Part shown: in pieces, positions 50,625 through 63,894 of the stretch
How positions within the stretch are numbered: position 1 is the first letter of the stretch
How the letters are laid out: the number at the start of each line of letters is the position of its first letter
NCBI GenBank assembly: GCA_030704615.1
Contig: CM060734.1
Span: 26,412,001 to 26,476,000, forward strand
Reading direction: 5' to 3'
Length of the DNA: 64,000 nucleotides
From: Takakia lepidozioides
Taxonomy: Eukaryota; Plantae; Bryophyta
Notes under the pieces: model-generated
Databases searched by the model: none
What the model was told of the DNA's origin: nothing
Seen by the model: only the letters and a program-made list of their open reading frames with translations
Translations under genes and position numbers: made by a program

Positions 50625-53600
50625 ATGACGACCCCGCTGCATCTCTCCTGCTACTACGACCTGAGGTACATGTGCTGGTCCCTCTTACCCTCTGACCATC
50701 TGAGTTCAAAAGCCTTCTTGTTGGATGTAATTTTCCTCTCAATGTTTAGACTTGGGTAAGGAGCATGGCTTCAGCATTACGTAGAAGGAAGAAATACGCC
50801 GTCTCGAGCTACCATAAATCGGTGTCTCCTCCCGCATGGACTACTATCTCCGATTGGATCTTTCTATCACTGACAGTGTCACGTTTGAATGCGATGCCGC
50901 ATTCTGCATTTACAGACTGGAAGTCGTGGCCACCTTGAATTTCGAATTGATAGACAGTGAGAAAAATTGAAGTGGTGGGCGTATCTGAAGGGTTTTGCAT
51001 CAATCTGGGTAGGTTTCAAGTTTATGATGATGTTATCATTTTCCGCAATTTTGTGTCTAGGGCATGGGCAAAGAAACACCGGCAAACCCTACTAGTCGCA
51101 GCTGGCATAGCAGGAGCTGGAGCATGCGCGTTCTATGGGTTCCGATTGTTGAGTGTGAAGTCCAAGGCACGGAAAGAGAGAGACTCGGCTCACATGACCC
51201 TCCTGCAAAGGGAAGCAGAGGATCGCGCTGAAGCCCAGTATGTCCAACGCTTAGGATCTTTCTGAGCTTTGTCTGCGTGGTTATCTATAAGTAGATATTT
51301 GATGTGCTATTGTCAGGACATTAACTTCAATCAGATAGATTGTGTCGATAGTTTTTTGGTCATCTATGGTTGAACAACTGGAAATATGCCCTAGTACCCA
51401 TGGGAAAAGTTGGGCATTTGTTGACTCTTTTGATGTTCTCTGTCACATAGGTTCAGCATGGCTTCTGATTTCCAAATTATGCTTGCTAGCAAATTATCGA
51501 TGTGACTGTGGATTTTGACTGTGGACCCTGTGGTTGCAGGTTGCAAAGCCACTTCGAGAGTATCCAGAGGATATCTGACTCTACAACTCTTCCCTCTGTG
51601 TTACCACACTTGAAAGGACGACTTTTTGCACAGGTTGATCTCTCAGGGCTGACAGAGAAGCTGATGTTAGGCAAGGAGGACCCTCAGGCGCTCAGCTCTC
51701 GCGATAAGATGCAGCTTTGGCAAGAGCTTAAAACTCTAAGTATGTTTCTGCTCTAGCTCTTTGTTGAAGTCTTTGTATCACCTGCTCCATGCTGGGCCAC
51801 TTTTCCCCTTTTCCCCTTCAGACCTATTGAATAGATTCTTCTGTACTAAGGTGTGGCAAGAAAGTTGTAAACCTGTGGTGGCAATTTCGCAAAATTCAAT
51901 TCCTGTTGAGAAGACCTCGTCGCCTCCTCCTTTCCTTCTTCCCTCTCTCTGATTATTAAGTCAAACATAGGTGGTTGGATGGATCTGAGCAGGTTTCACA
52001 CGAACTGTGTGCGCAATGTGGGCAGTCAGTTTGCTGGATCTGTTCATCCGCACCCAGCTGAACATCCTGGGAAGGCATGTGTATATTGACACTGCACGGG
52101 ATTCGTCAGTGATAAAGTCAGGGGTTAGTTACTTCTTGCTGGTCTTTTATTTGTCATGGTCAATGCCTGACTCCTTTTCAATGTTTCTCTCTTTGTGCAA
52201 AACTGTTGTGCTATTTCTTATATACTTGATTATTCCTTGCAAATGCTGTATCTGTGAAAAACACAAGGCTTGTGGGTCTCTCGTAGTGGCTGACCATAAA
52301 AGGCTAGATATAAGTTCTACAAATCATTGGGTTTGGACGATTTTGTGCAGTAATGCATTCAGGAATGTTGGTTCTCAATGAGAAATGCCGTGAGAATATG
52401 TGCTTAATAACCTGGGCTAAGACAATTCTTAATCTCTCCATCCTACCAGCCTATTGGCATGCCTATAATCTCTGCAAAAACCCTCCTCCACTTGGGGATT
52501 TCTAGGCAAATTGCAAATGACATTTTGACAAAAAAATCACCACATTGGAGTTCAACCACTGCTTTCTTCCTACATCTTTAACACTCCAAAGCTTTTTAAG
52601 TGTTAAGGTCAATGCAATAGACAGGTCCAATCATATGATCCATAAAGTTCTAATTCATCAGAGCATAATCACACACGGTCAATGACAGGCAAGCCATGAA
52701 ATGTCCTGGTTACATTTGTAGGCCTAATCCTTTCAAGGGATAGAACACCTTTCTGAAAGTTTTCCAACAGGCACATTTCTTGTGGGTCATGGCAGGAGCA
52801 GCATAGGCCTCTTCCGATGAGCTGCCAACATAAATTTATTGCTTTTGCTGATTACTTACCTTACAAGGGCTTAGATGCCCTAATTGGAGACACACACAAG
52901 GCGGTTGAGAGTGTACTTAAAGGGTATGTAGCTTTTTGACTCAAAATGTTGATCACTTTTGCTGGGCACTTCTGGAGTCATTTGACACAGCTCATGTCTC
53001 AGTTTCAGCAGCAAGCTTTCTGGTGTGAGTAAGTTAAGATTCACATTCTCGCATATGGCATAAGCTAAGAGTTCCATGAAGTGCAAAGCATCTGAAGGGA
53101 CTGCTTACTATTGGTATGTGGGTTGATCTTTTTCAGCAAGCCTCTCAAAGAGCCTTATACAATTGACGATCTACGGGATGTATTCATGAGAATACGAGCT
53201 AGCTTGGAGAGTACACGAGTGGATTGGGTCCAATATGTTCTACCAGAAGACAATATGTTGCCTACTGACCTTGAGGCCGCCTCGTCAGCAGCCTCATCAG
53301 CTGCTAATGCCTCGCAGAGCTTGGCCTGTGAGCTATCGTCCCTTGACGATAGAGAGAAACTTGAGCAGCTACTGGTTGAGACCCGAGCAGTTCTGGCCAG
53401 GCAAGGATCTATGAACGATGCTGGACATTTTTTCTTACTGCTACCATAGACTTGAATCCACTCAAATGCTGTCCTGCTATTCTGCATCAGGAAGTCCCCT
53501 GGAAGCCTTGCACTCATTAGACACTTGTTAGACAAGTGTCAATATCATCTACGAAGGTGCTATGCTATCTAATATGGAGGACCATGGGTCTGTGATTGCA

Positions 53601-53854
53601 GCAATGAGTTCCAGGAGGTGTTAGCTGTGTCCTTGGATGCTATGTTGGATGGAGTTATGGAAGAGCTTTACACCATTTACAGAGGGGCTCCAGATAATGG
53701 AATTCCACTGGCGAAGCTGCTACCACCAGTAGCAAGTGTAGGGTCCACCCTTCTGGAGCATCCTGATGAGAATCGTTTTATTCGGATTCTGGCTGATTTG
53801 CCTCAGGTGCAATCTCTTTGTGCTATGGTTTATACAAGCTCCCAAGAGGTCTAG
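50625..53854 (+). CDS. PEX3: Peroxisome biogenesis protein 3, 7 exons
   Basis: Exons 50625-50665, 51061-51237, 51540-51739, 51993-52123, 52796-52923, 53137-53400 and 53602-53854 join in phase. Motifs seen: W..KHR..LLV; HFESIQRISDSTTLP; KMQLWQELK.LSFTR; IRTQLNILGRHVYIDTAR; PLAKLLP; NRFIRILADLPQV. The first exon is inferred. Confidence 0.93.
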
Positions 53855-55252
53855 GAATGGCCCCTTTTCTTATACTTTCCCAGGATCATGGAGCGCGTGC
53901 TTACTGGCAAAAACCACAGCCTTCTCACAGCACAGCAAGGTCTATGCTCATACAAGGACTCTGAGGCCTACTGAGCAGTTTCCAGCAACTTCAGAACGTT
54001 TCCACAATATTCTGATCCTGTCTGGTTGAGGCCACACAGAGAATGTACATTAGCACTTCTTGTTGCGGTCAGGAAGGGTATCTGTGCATACAATGCATAT
54101 GTGTTCTTTAGCATGTGCTGGGGAGGTGAATGTAAGGTCTTTTTACCTTCTCTGTTCAGATACAAAAGTTACACTACATTGCTCTCATCTTCTGCTGCAA
54201 CTACACATTCACTTTATAGTTGTAACTTGGGGTATCAGATTTTGAGTACCCCTAAAGCATTGGGTGGTTGGATATATTACCTCCCTTTTGCACTAGGTGA
54301 CAGTTTCTTTTGTTGTTCGACTAATATTGCTCATGGACAGCCATAGCTAGAATATGAAATTTCTCAGCTTTGACAATCTTCTGGCCAGGCTACTATTCTG
54401 CCATTAGTGTAGAGGGATAGAATTGAAGAGCCTGGTCCAGGGATAGATGGTGTAGTGACTTCTTACTGGCATGTTGTACATGCTTAGGCAGGGGAACCAC
54501 GTGTGCAGATCTCCATGAATAAAGTGAAGAGGTGCTCTCTAGGGTCCTTTTAGTCTATTGCTTCACCTTGCATTTGTGAAATGAATCCGGTTGTTCAGTT
54601 CTTTGGTTACTTTTGGAATAGGTCTCGCATGTTTTGGGGAATGTATGTTATCTGCTCTTAGCAAATGCCAGTGTATCAAGTAAGGCCCTAGTTGTCAAGG
54701 TGCTGTCTTTCTGTACACTGTCCAGGTTGGTTGAATTTTTTGTGTTGGGACAGGTTGCACATTAGTACGAGTGTCCATTAGAAGGGACTTGAGAGACCGT
54801 GACAAAGACCACTGTGTAAACCTGTAAAGCCCTACAAAAGACCAAAAGCGAGGGCCTTTGGTTATTCCTAATCTGAAAAGACTACGCCTACCCAGCGAGT
54901 TTATTTCCAGCGTGCGAAGCTGACAGCACGGCCGCCCGTATGCTGGCCTGGGTCGAGCTTACTGTAATATCCAAAAGTCTCATGTGTTGGTTATTTCACC
55001 AATGAGACATTGGGGAAAAATGGCAAGAGGTCTTGAAGTGGTCGCTCATCTCACCAAAGTACGCTACATCTTTGAACGACCCGTACTCCCCTCCTTCTTG
55101 GCTCCCCTCTTAGCGGACTTCCCCGGTTGTTTGGCCTTGCATGCTTCCCTCGTACCGGACCGCTCCCGTTGTCGACCACCGTTCCCTTATTCGCCAGCCA
55201 TCTTCTACACATTTACACCATGAGGCACACACACCGTTGTCAGTGAATACAC

Positions 55253-55340
55253 GAACCTTGCTACTCTATTCAAAGTAAATGTGACCTTGCTACTCTTAAG
55301 CAGAGTAAATGCGAACCTTGCTACTCTAAGGAGAGTAAAT
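55253..55340. repeat. Tandem repeat, 3 x ~30 bp
   Basis: (G)AACCTTGCTACTCT..(A/G)AGTAAAT occurs three times. Confidence 0.85.
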
Positions 55341-55449
55341 ACTGAGGCACCGGCCGATGGCCATACGCAGAGAAAGTGTGAAGGGGCCTGAGGAGTCCCC
55401 CTAAAGAGTACAGAAGACACGAGTGACTCTTGATAAGAAGTAATCATTA

Positions 55450-58020
55450 ACGGAAGTGTAGTCTCGATGGCCTAGAGGCCTGCTTGACGTGTTTCCAGTT
55501 CACATCTCTATCAAATTCCGGCGAGGCGGTGGACTGTACCATTGTGGTTGCTCCAGCTGGGAGGAGGCTGCCTATTCCATTCGCAGAGTTCAGTGGAGGA
55601 GCTGTGGCAAATGACTCCTTGATGAGACCAGGTGAATGTAAAGATGGAGTGGAATTGTCCTGCATTGCGAGGGGATTTTTAATGTCAGCACTGAGCTTGA
55701 TCCATGTTTTTTTTAATTCTGTGACGAGATCTTTATAGATGGAAGCGAGGAGAGTAGTTCCAGAGAATGTTCTGAAACATCTGGCCCTCCATATGTGCCA
55801 GAGGGTAGAGCTTCTAAGGTAGTTATAGACCGGGCAGTTAAAAGGCTTTCTGTTTGGCGGTTTGATCGTACTTGAGCAGTAGTGAGAGCGAGGTTATTGT
55901 CTGATGATTCCATGAATGGTAAAAAGCTCGAATATGAGGCCAAATTGCAGAGGGAGCATGGCAGTGTAGTAGGCAGTGCTCCTGAGATTCAATGATTGCT
56001 GATGAACAACGGCTGCAAAGGATTGCCTCATTGAATCCCAACCATTCCCCTACAACCCTGTTAGCAATCTGTCATAAGAACGCCGAGATTTTCGCTGGTT
56101 TTGTCTTGGTCCAAATGATGTTCCATATTAGGTTACAGTTTTCGTTTTGGAACTGGAAGTGACTCCATTTGTCATTCCATTTGGAATGAAGGGGTTGGGG
56201 ATCTGCTAGGCCCGAGTAGCCCTTTTGGGTTGTGTAGGTGAAGAAGTGAAGAAGGGAGCGGGGGAGCGCCCAATGGTCCATGTCCATTCTTTGGGGTCGA
56301 ATTGGAGTTCTGCTAGAGGTCTGCCCAAGACCCATAGAAAGCGCTGGGAAGAGAGCCAAGTGAGCAGTGGTTGGTTGAGCGGTGGGAGGGGTCCATGTTA
56401 TTGTCATGAGAGGACCAACAACAGATCCTTACTGGTGTGTGGGGAAGTCTTGGGAAGGTCTGGAGTGTGTGGTCTTGAATGATGAGGGTTAGGGTGCATG
56501 AGTCTATATGGAAGGAATATCCTTTAAGGTGTAGATCTGTAGTGTCCGGCACAAACAATATAGTGAGTGTGTTGGTTAGGATAACGAGGGTCCAGAAGCT
56601 ACTTGTTGGCCTGATGGGTCCATTCCGAAGCAGATTGGTCCATTGGGGTGGAATGGATTGGATAATGGTATCATATCCGTGATTCATTCTGTTTCTGCCA
56701 ACTTTGGCCGAGATGGAGTCCTTAGGAATGAGGGAGCCATTCGTCCATACGTCTTTAATTTAGCTAATGTCTTTGTAGTCCTAGGCTGACCAACTTTTGG
56801 ACAGATTCCTTTGGGCTTGTGTGGCTGAACTGGAGTTGAGGAAGAGTGGTTGTGGCAATCCAGCGAAGGGAAGGTTGTCAGTGTGCAGTTTTCAGAGGGG
56901 AGGCCATGGCGATATTGGCTGCCACGGCCAAAAATTTCCACCCTCCTACAGGTCCTAGGAATCTGGGAATCCACTTGCCTAACAGTGCCGTGATCTGTGT
57001 GTCTGGGTCGATGACTCCGAGCCCTCATTTCTTCTTGGGGAGGCATATTTGTTTCCACGAGACTTGTGGCCTTTCTTTTCATTGTGGTTGCTGGCCCCCC
57101 ATATGAAATTCCTGAGAATTTTCTTGACTTCGTGGATTTGGGGTGATGCTGGTCTCCATGAAGAGGCAAAGTACCAAAGGCCTGCCGACAGGATCTAATT
57201 GGTGGCCAGGGCCTTACCGGAGATGGATAGATGTTGGGATCCCTAATATGCTAGTTTAGTTTTGAGTCTAGCAATCGTTGGCTCAAAGCGTTGTTGGTCT
57301 GTTAGGTTGATGCTGAACGTGTACCCCAACAAGGTTGTAGTTTCCCCTGGCCGAAGCCATCTAAGGCCTTTTTCTGCCCCCAAGGTGGGTTGTGTTCCAA
57401 GGAGGGATCTTGAGGTGTCTCCTACAAGCGGAGCACATGTTTTTCCCCAGTTTATCTTGAAGTTTGAGGCTCGGTAGAATGTTTCCAATGTGTTTGTGGC
57501 ATTGTCAAGGTTTGTGGGATTTGCCTGGAGTGCCAGGAAGGTATCATCGACGAATATGGATTCTCTAATTTGGGTTGGTTGGTGGGTAATATGGTTGGTG
57601 ATGTGTAGTCCATAGGGCTTTGTAGAATTCAACGGGTATGCCATCCAAGCCTGCTGACTTGCCGTTGTGTAATTTGGAGAGAGCGTCTCCCAGCTCCATG
57701 TTTGTGAGAAGACCATCCAGGGATGAGGCCACATTGGGAGAGAGAGGAGTCGAGGTGTGGGAAGTTGGTTGGAGGGGAGGGCTGTTGGTTACTGTGGAAG
57801 AGAGATTGGAAATGGGAAAAGGCCAGGCCAATCATACCTTTAGGGGAGGAGGTTGAGATGCCTGAGTTCTGGTCAGTGAATTCAGTGATGTTTTGAGCTG
57901 CTCTTTTCTGTCTGGTTTTGTCAAAGAAGTACTTGGTCATTTTCCCCCCCTTTGTCGAGCAGTTGACTGCAGCCTGCATTTCAAGTTTATCATCTTTGAT
58001 GCTCTGGAAGAATTCCATGT
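55450..58020 (-). mobile_element. Degenerate L1/Tx1-like LINE ORF2 fragment with an internal deletion
   Basis: Motifs seen: KMTKYFF; KSAGLDGIPVEFYK; FVDDT; FYRASNFKINWGKT; LLGY; LSISGK..LWY; zf-RVT-like WNIIW..PAKISAFL..CSRC..ESQEHCLLHC..IW. Many stops and frameshifts; both ends are uncertain. Confidence 0.85.
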
Positions 58021-58382
58021 TTTGTCTTCACTACAAGGAATAGGTGCTTTTCGCACCCGACTCGTGGTTGCGATTCTGTCCGAAACGACTGCACTTGGGA
58101 CTCCAGGTTCTGAATGACGACTTGCCAGTCGTCGCAGGCAAATTGGGGCCACGGTGGCATGGCGGATGAGGGTCAGAAGTCGCCGAAACCACTGCGGGTT
58201 TGGCGCCGATTTATACGTCCATTTCCAAAAAATAGGAAAATATATATTTTTAACATTATGATAAATTGGAGTTAACGACTGCGGGTTGGACCCCGGGGGA
58301 CATTTTTATTAATTATAACCTATATGGTATTATTTCTTAAATATAATGACACGCGGCGATTTTTTATAGAGTAAAGGAGACT

Positions 58383-61300
58383 ATGCTTGGTAAGTCGCGG
58401 TCAGGGGGTGAGGGGGTTGAGGACTTAGCGAAGATGCTTTGTGAGGTAGGCAGACTGAAAGAGGCTCTACATACTTTAAACCAAGGAGCATTTCAGCAGA
58501 TTCAGATATGTATGTGGTACCATGCTTTGGATGAGCGACTGATGCACGAAGGGAGTGAAGCCGAACCACATCACGATTGTTTGTGTTTGCAATGTGTGTG
58601 CAAGCCTGGGAGCCTTGGAAAAGGGGAAAGAGGTCCATGGTGACATCTTCAAATCTAGAAATGTACCAGATGTCATTCTGAAGACAGCCCTGGTGGACAT
58701 GTATGCCAAATATGGGTGCATTGAGGATGCAAAGGGAGTTTTCAACACTATGGCTGAACGAGATGTGGTGTGGTGTGGTGAACTCAATACCCTCATCAAC
58801 ATGTATGCCAAGTGCGGGAATGTGGTGTATGCACATGGAGCGTTTGACAAAATGCCTGAACAAGATATTTCTACTTGGAATACAATGATGGCAGGATTTG
58901 CCAAGGATGGGTGTGGTAGGGAGGCTTTTGGGGCCTATGAGCAAATGAGACAGGCAGGGATGATGCCAAACTGGGTCACCTTTATCTGTGTGCTGAAGGC
59001 TTCTGCCAGCCTTGCAGCCCTGGAAACGGGCATGGTGGTCCATACTAACATCGTCATTTCCGGAATCGTTTCAGATATCACTCAAGAGAATACCCTTGTG
59101 GACATGTATGCCAAATGCGGGAGCCTTACTGGCGCTCCTCAAGTGCTCGACAACATGGCTAAGTGGGATGTGGTCTCATGGAGTGCGATGATCGGAGGAT
59201 ATGCTCTGCATGGGAATGGCAGGGAGGCTTTTGAGACCTATAAGCAAATGAAAGAGGAAGCGGTAATTTCCCTGCTCAAAGCTTGTGCCAGCCCTGCAGC
59301 CCTGGGAAAGAGTGAGGACATCCATGCTGACATTATCAAAGCTGGAATTGCCCCAGATGTCGTCCTGGAGACTGCCCTTGCATATATGTACACCAAATGT
59401 GGGAGCATGAAGGATGCACGTCAGGTTTCTGACAATATGGCTGAACGAAATGTGATCTCCTGGAGTGCTATGATCGCAGGATATGCTCGGGGTGTCTTGG
59501 GGAGGCCCTGCAACTATTTGAACTGATGCAACAAAAAGGCTTAAAGCCAAATGCGCTTGAGACCTATGAGCAAATGATTGAGCAAGGGTAATTGCCCAAC
59601 AAAGTCACGTTCATTTGCGTTCTCAATGCATGTGCAAGCCTGGCAGCCCTGGAAAAGGGCAAAGAGGTCCATGCTGCGATCGATGTTGGAACAGAGTCAT
59701 ATTTGAATCTGGAGAATACTCTCGTTGATATGTATGCCAAGTGTGGGGCTGCAGCTGGCAGGTGGGGTGATCCCACAGAAGAGCAATGATGAAGGACAAA
59801 GGTGTCAGAAAGGAGGCAGGGCACAGCTGCATTGAGGTTGACAATCGGGTGCATAAGTTTACTGTGAATCGAGTGAATCTGATGCAAAGAGAAGGTGTGA
59901 AGGCAGATTTTCTTGTGCATCTTGAATGCATGTTCCAGCCCATCGTTGATAGAGCAAGGCAAGCAGCTCCATGAGGGCATCATTAGAGCTGGATTTCAGT
60001 CAAATGTCAGTATGGGGAACGCCCTCGTCAGCATGTATTGCAAATGCGGGGGTGTGGAAGATGCACGGGAAGTGTTTGCAAAATTGCCCAAGCGCGATGT
60101 GATCTCATGGAATGGGATGATGGCTGGATTAGCTCAGCCAGGTCACGCACGAGAGGCACTTGAACTATTGACAGTGCAGCAAAAGGATTCTACTGAGAAA
60201 ATTCGCCCTTTAGATACCAGAGTGGCTGAGCCTGAACAGGAACTACAAACCCTACATGTGATGATAGTTGGACTCGGCAATACTGCCAAGGCTGCTGAGG
60301 AGAGGGCAGCTCCTCATGTGGGTAGTGCAACGGTAGTTAATGCCAAATACCCTGGTGGACATGTTTGCAAAATGTGGGTGCATCTAGGATGCAAAGGGAG
60401 TGTTCGACACTATGGCTGAACGAGATGTGGTGTCGTGGAGTGCGATGCTTGCAGGGTATGCACAACAGGGACGTGGGATGGAGGCTTTGGAGACCTATGA
60501 GCAAATGATGGGGGAAGCACATCATGTTTGTGTGCATTTGCAATGCTTGTGTAAGGCTGGCAGCCAGAAGGGCAAAGAGGTGCATGGGGATATCATCAAA
60601 GCTGGAATTGTACCAAATGTCAATCTAAACACTGCCCTGGCAGCTCTGGAAAAGGGGAAAGAGGGGCATGGCGACATCTTCAGAGCTGGAATTGTACCAG
60701 ATGTCATTCTGAACAAGACCCTGGTGGACATGTTTGCGAAATGTGGGTGCATCGAGGATGCAAAGGGAGTGTTCAACACTATGGCTGAACGAGATGTGGT
60801 GTCGTGGAGTGCGATGCTTGCAGGGTATGCACGGCAGGGACATGGGATGGAGGCTTTGGAGACCTATGAGCAAATGATGTGCGACGGGGTGAAGCCCGAC
60901 CACATCAAGTTTGTGTGCGTGTGCAAGCATGGCAGCCCTGGAAAAGGGCAAAGAAGTGCATGGCGACATCATCAGAGCTGAAATTGTACCAGATGTGATC
61001 CTGAACACCGCCCTGGTAGACATGTATGCCAAATGTGGGTGCATAGAGGATGCAAAGGGAATATTCGACAATATGGCTGAACGAGATGTGGTGTCGTGGA
61101 ATGCGATGATCGCAGGAATGCACAGCATGGTTGTCATAGGGAGGTCGTGCAACTATTTAAAGGAATGCAAAAGAACGGCTTGAAGCCGAGCAATATCACC
61201 TTTATGTGTGTTCGCTCTGCATGCAGCCTCGCTGGCCTACTGAATGAAGGAAGACGCTACTTTGATTCCCTGAGTCAAGATCATGGTGTCACTCCGACAG

Positions 61301-61696
61301 TAAAGCACTTTGGCTGCATGGTGAACCTTCTTGGACGTGCGGGACAACCGGATGAGGCAGTGGACCTGATTAATAAAATGCCCATAAATCCAGGTGATGT
61401 GGTGTGGATGGCCTGCTTGGTGCCTGCAGAATCCATGGCAGCCAGGTCGCTGCTGCATTGAGGTTGGCAACAGGGTGCACACCTTCGTTGTAGATGACAA
61501 GCTGCATCCCAGAATTAAGGAAATCCATGCTGAGTTGAGAAGATTGTCTGGGGCGGGGTATGTGCCTGACAGGCGCTTTGGATTGCATGATGTGGGGGAG
61601 GAGGAAAAGGAATTTTCTCTTTGCCACCACAGTGAGAAGCTGGCCATTGGTTTTGGCATATCCACGGGAAATGATAGTGGGGTCTACCCAGCATAG
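58383..61696 (+). pseudogene. PLS-class PPR RNA-editing factor pseudogene/mosaic with E+ and truncated DYW domain
   Basis: N-terminal LCEVGRLKEAL; many L/S/P motifs (PN..TFI.VL.ACASL.ALEKGKEVH; ALVDMYAKCG.IEDA..VF..MAERDVVSWSAM.AGYA); L2/S2 (SACS.AGL..EG..YF..HFGCMVNLLGRAG); PGRCCIEV..HP..GYVPD..LHDV.EEEKE..LCHHSEKLAIGFG. Numerous frameshifts, and no CxxC or DYW end. Confidence 0.9.
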
Positions 61697-61845
61697 GTGG
61701 GAAGTCAGCCCATAATTGCACTTGACTGAAGGGGTGATATTGGACTGACTTTGGTGACAGTAGATGGAATCAGAGTGCTGTCCTAATTCTGGGTTTGGGT
61801 GGTATGGCTGAACGAGATGTGGTGTCGTGTTTGCTGCATGAATTC

Positions 61846-63890
61846 TAGGCTGTCATTGTCAGTTGCTAGCAACAAGGCAAGGATGTATGCATGATTTGTG
61901 CAGAGGCATGGATAGCTGAAGGAGTAGGGATGGAGTGTGGGTCCAGATTCATCCAAGAGGGCCGGATTTCAAGCTTCAAATCACCTATGACTCCCTGTGG
62001 AAGGATAGCTACAATAAACCTGCATGGGTAGATGGTCAACTGGAAGCCGCAACAACATCGGACGATTGATAAAATCAGGCACAGCTCATGAAGGCACCTT
62101 CTTCAACATGTTTCACCCTGTTTTTCCCTCTTACCAGAATCGGCCCTAAATGTTGAATTTTGCAAGTTAGCTGGTTGAATGAACCTTAAATAGTTTGGAG
62201 TGACTTGGACATGATACTGCCAATGTGACAACATGATAAGTATCCAGAAACAGGTAACAGAGACGAGGAGAAGCTGTGGAATGAATACTTTTCTGACCCC
62301 GTCAACAGTGGGACAATCGAGCAAAAAGGTGAATGCCTGTTGGATTACAAAGAGTAGCAGATGCAATTGAGCATAGGAACTAGAGTGAGAAGTTGAGTTG
62401 GGTGTTTCCTAGAACAGATGTAGGCTGTCATTGTCAGCTGCTAGCAGCAAGGGAATGATGTATGCATGATTTGTGCAGAGGCATGGATAGCTGAAGGAGC
62501 AGGGATAGAGTGTGGGTCCAGATTCATCCAAGAGGGCCGCATTTCAAGCTCCACATTACCTACGATTCCTTGTGGAAGGAAAGCTACAAGACCTGCATGG
62601 GTAGATGGTCAACTGGAAGCCACAGCAGCGGCGGCGCCACACTTGATAAATCAGACACTGCTAATGATGGCACCTTCTTCAACATATTTCACCCTATTTT
62701 TTCCTCTTATCAAGGACAATGTGGTGAGGGCACCTTCTTCTTCGACCTATTTCAGCCTGTTTTGCCCTCTCATCAGACTCGGCCCTGAGATGCATATTGA
62801 ATTCTGTAAGTTAGCTCGTTGGGTGGATCTGTGGTGGTTTGGGGTGACTTTGACAAGTAGGGTTGGGTTGTTTGCTGGAAGAACTTCACGCCGTCAGTGT
62901 CAGCTGCTAGCAGCAAGGCTGAGGATGTATTCATGATTGTACACAGGCAGGGATAGCTGAAGGACCAGGGATAGAGGTCCAGATTCATCCAAGAGGGCCG
63001 GATTTCAAACAAGTTTAGGGTCTGATTCCCTGTGGATCAGTAGCTACAAGTGGGTAGATGGTCGACTGGAAACAGCAGTGGCAGCAGCACAATTGGTAGA
63101 ACAAGGCACTACTAATGAAGGTACATTCTTCAACACATCTCCCCCTGTTTTTCCCTGCTATCAGAGTCGTCCCTACATTTTCATGTTGAATTCTACAAGT
63201 TAGCTCGTTGGTGGATCTATGGTGGGAGAGTTAGCTTGGTCTTAGCAGGCCATGATTCAATCTCTGCCTGTTTTGCCGCAGCAGCATCGGCACAATTGAT
63301 AAAATCAGGCACTGCTCTTCTTCTTACCTTTGGTGGTCGGGTCCTTCACGAACACCACGTGCCCTTTCTCATTGGCAGCCTCACTGGGCTGCGAAGGCAC
63401 CTTCTTCAACACATTTCACCCTGTTTTTCCCTCTTATCAGAATCGGCCCTAAATTTTCATGTTGAATTCTGCAAGTTAGTTGGTTGAGTGAACCTTAAAT
63501 AGTTTGGAGTGACTTTGACATGATACTGCCAATGTGACAACAGGAAAGTATCCAGAAACAGGTAACAGAGATGATGAGAAGTTGTGGAATGAGTACTTTT
63601 CTGACCCCAGTCAATGTTGGGACAACCGAGGCAAAAAGGTGAATGCCTGTATAATTACAGAGAGTAGCAGACGCAATTCAGCATAGGAATGAGTGTGATA
63701 AGCTGAGTTGGGTGTTTCCTAGAACAAATGTAGGCTGACATTGTCAGCTGCTAGCAGCAAGGCAACGTTGAATGCATGATTTGTGCAGAGCCATGGATAG
63801 CTGAAGGAGCAGGGATAGAGCGTGGATCCATATTCATCCAAGAGGGCCAGATTTACCTTGCACAAGATTACCTATGATTCTCTGTGGATC
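61846..63890. repeat. Degenerate tandem array of ~0.4-0.6 kb units
   Basis: The block TGTCAGCTGCTAGCAGCAAGG..GGATAGCTGAAGGA..ATTCATCCAAGAGGGCC recurs near 61856, 62431, 62898 and 63741. The block 62090-62420 recurs at ~63395-63730. Confidence 0.85.
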
Positions 63891-63894
63891 AATA

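Noticed and set aside
58020-58370. Possible MITE or Helitron end between the L1 relic and the PPR
   Set aside because: Short repeats (ACTGCGGGTT) and an AT-rich tract are present, but I could not identify TIRs, a TSD or a hairpin-CTRR end.
61394-61696. U-to-C (KP-type) editing deaminase
   Set aside because: The motifs are a PG box and HSEKLA, i.e. the canonical C-to-U type, and the domain is truncated before CxxC.
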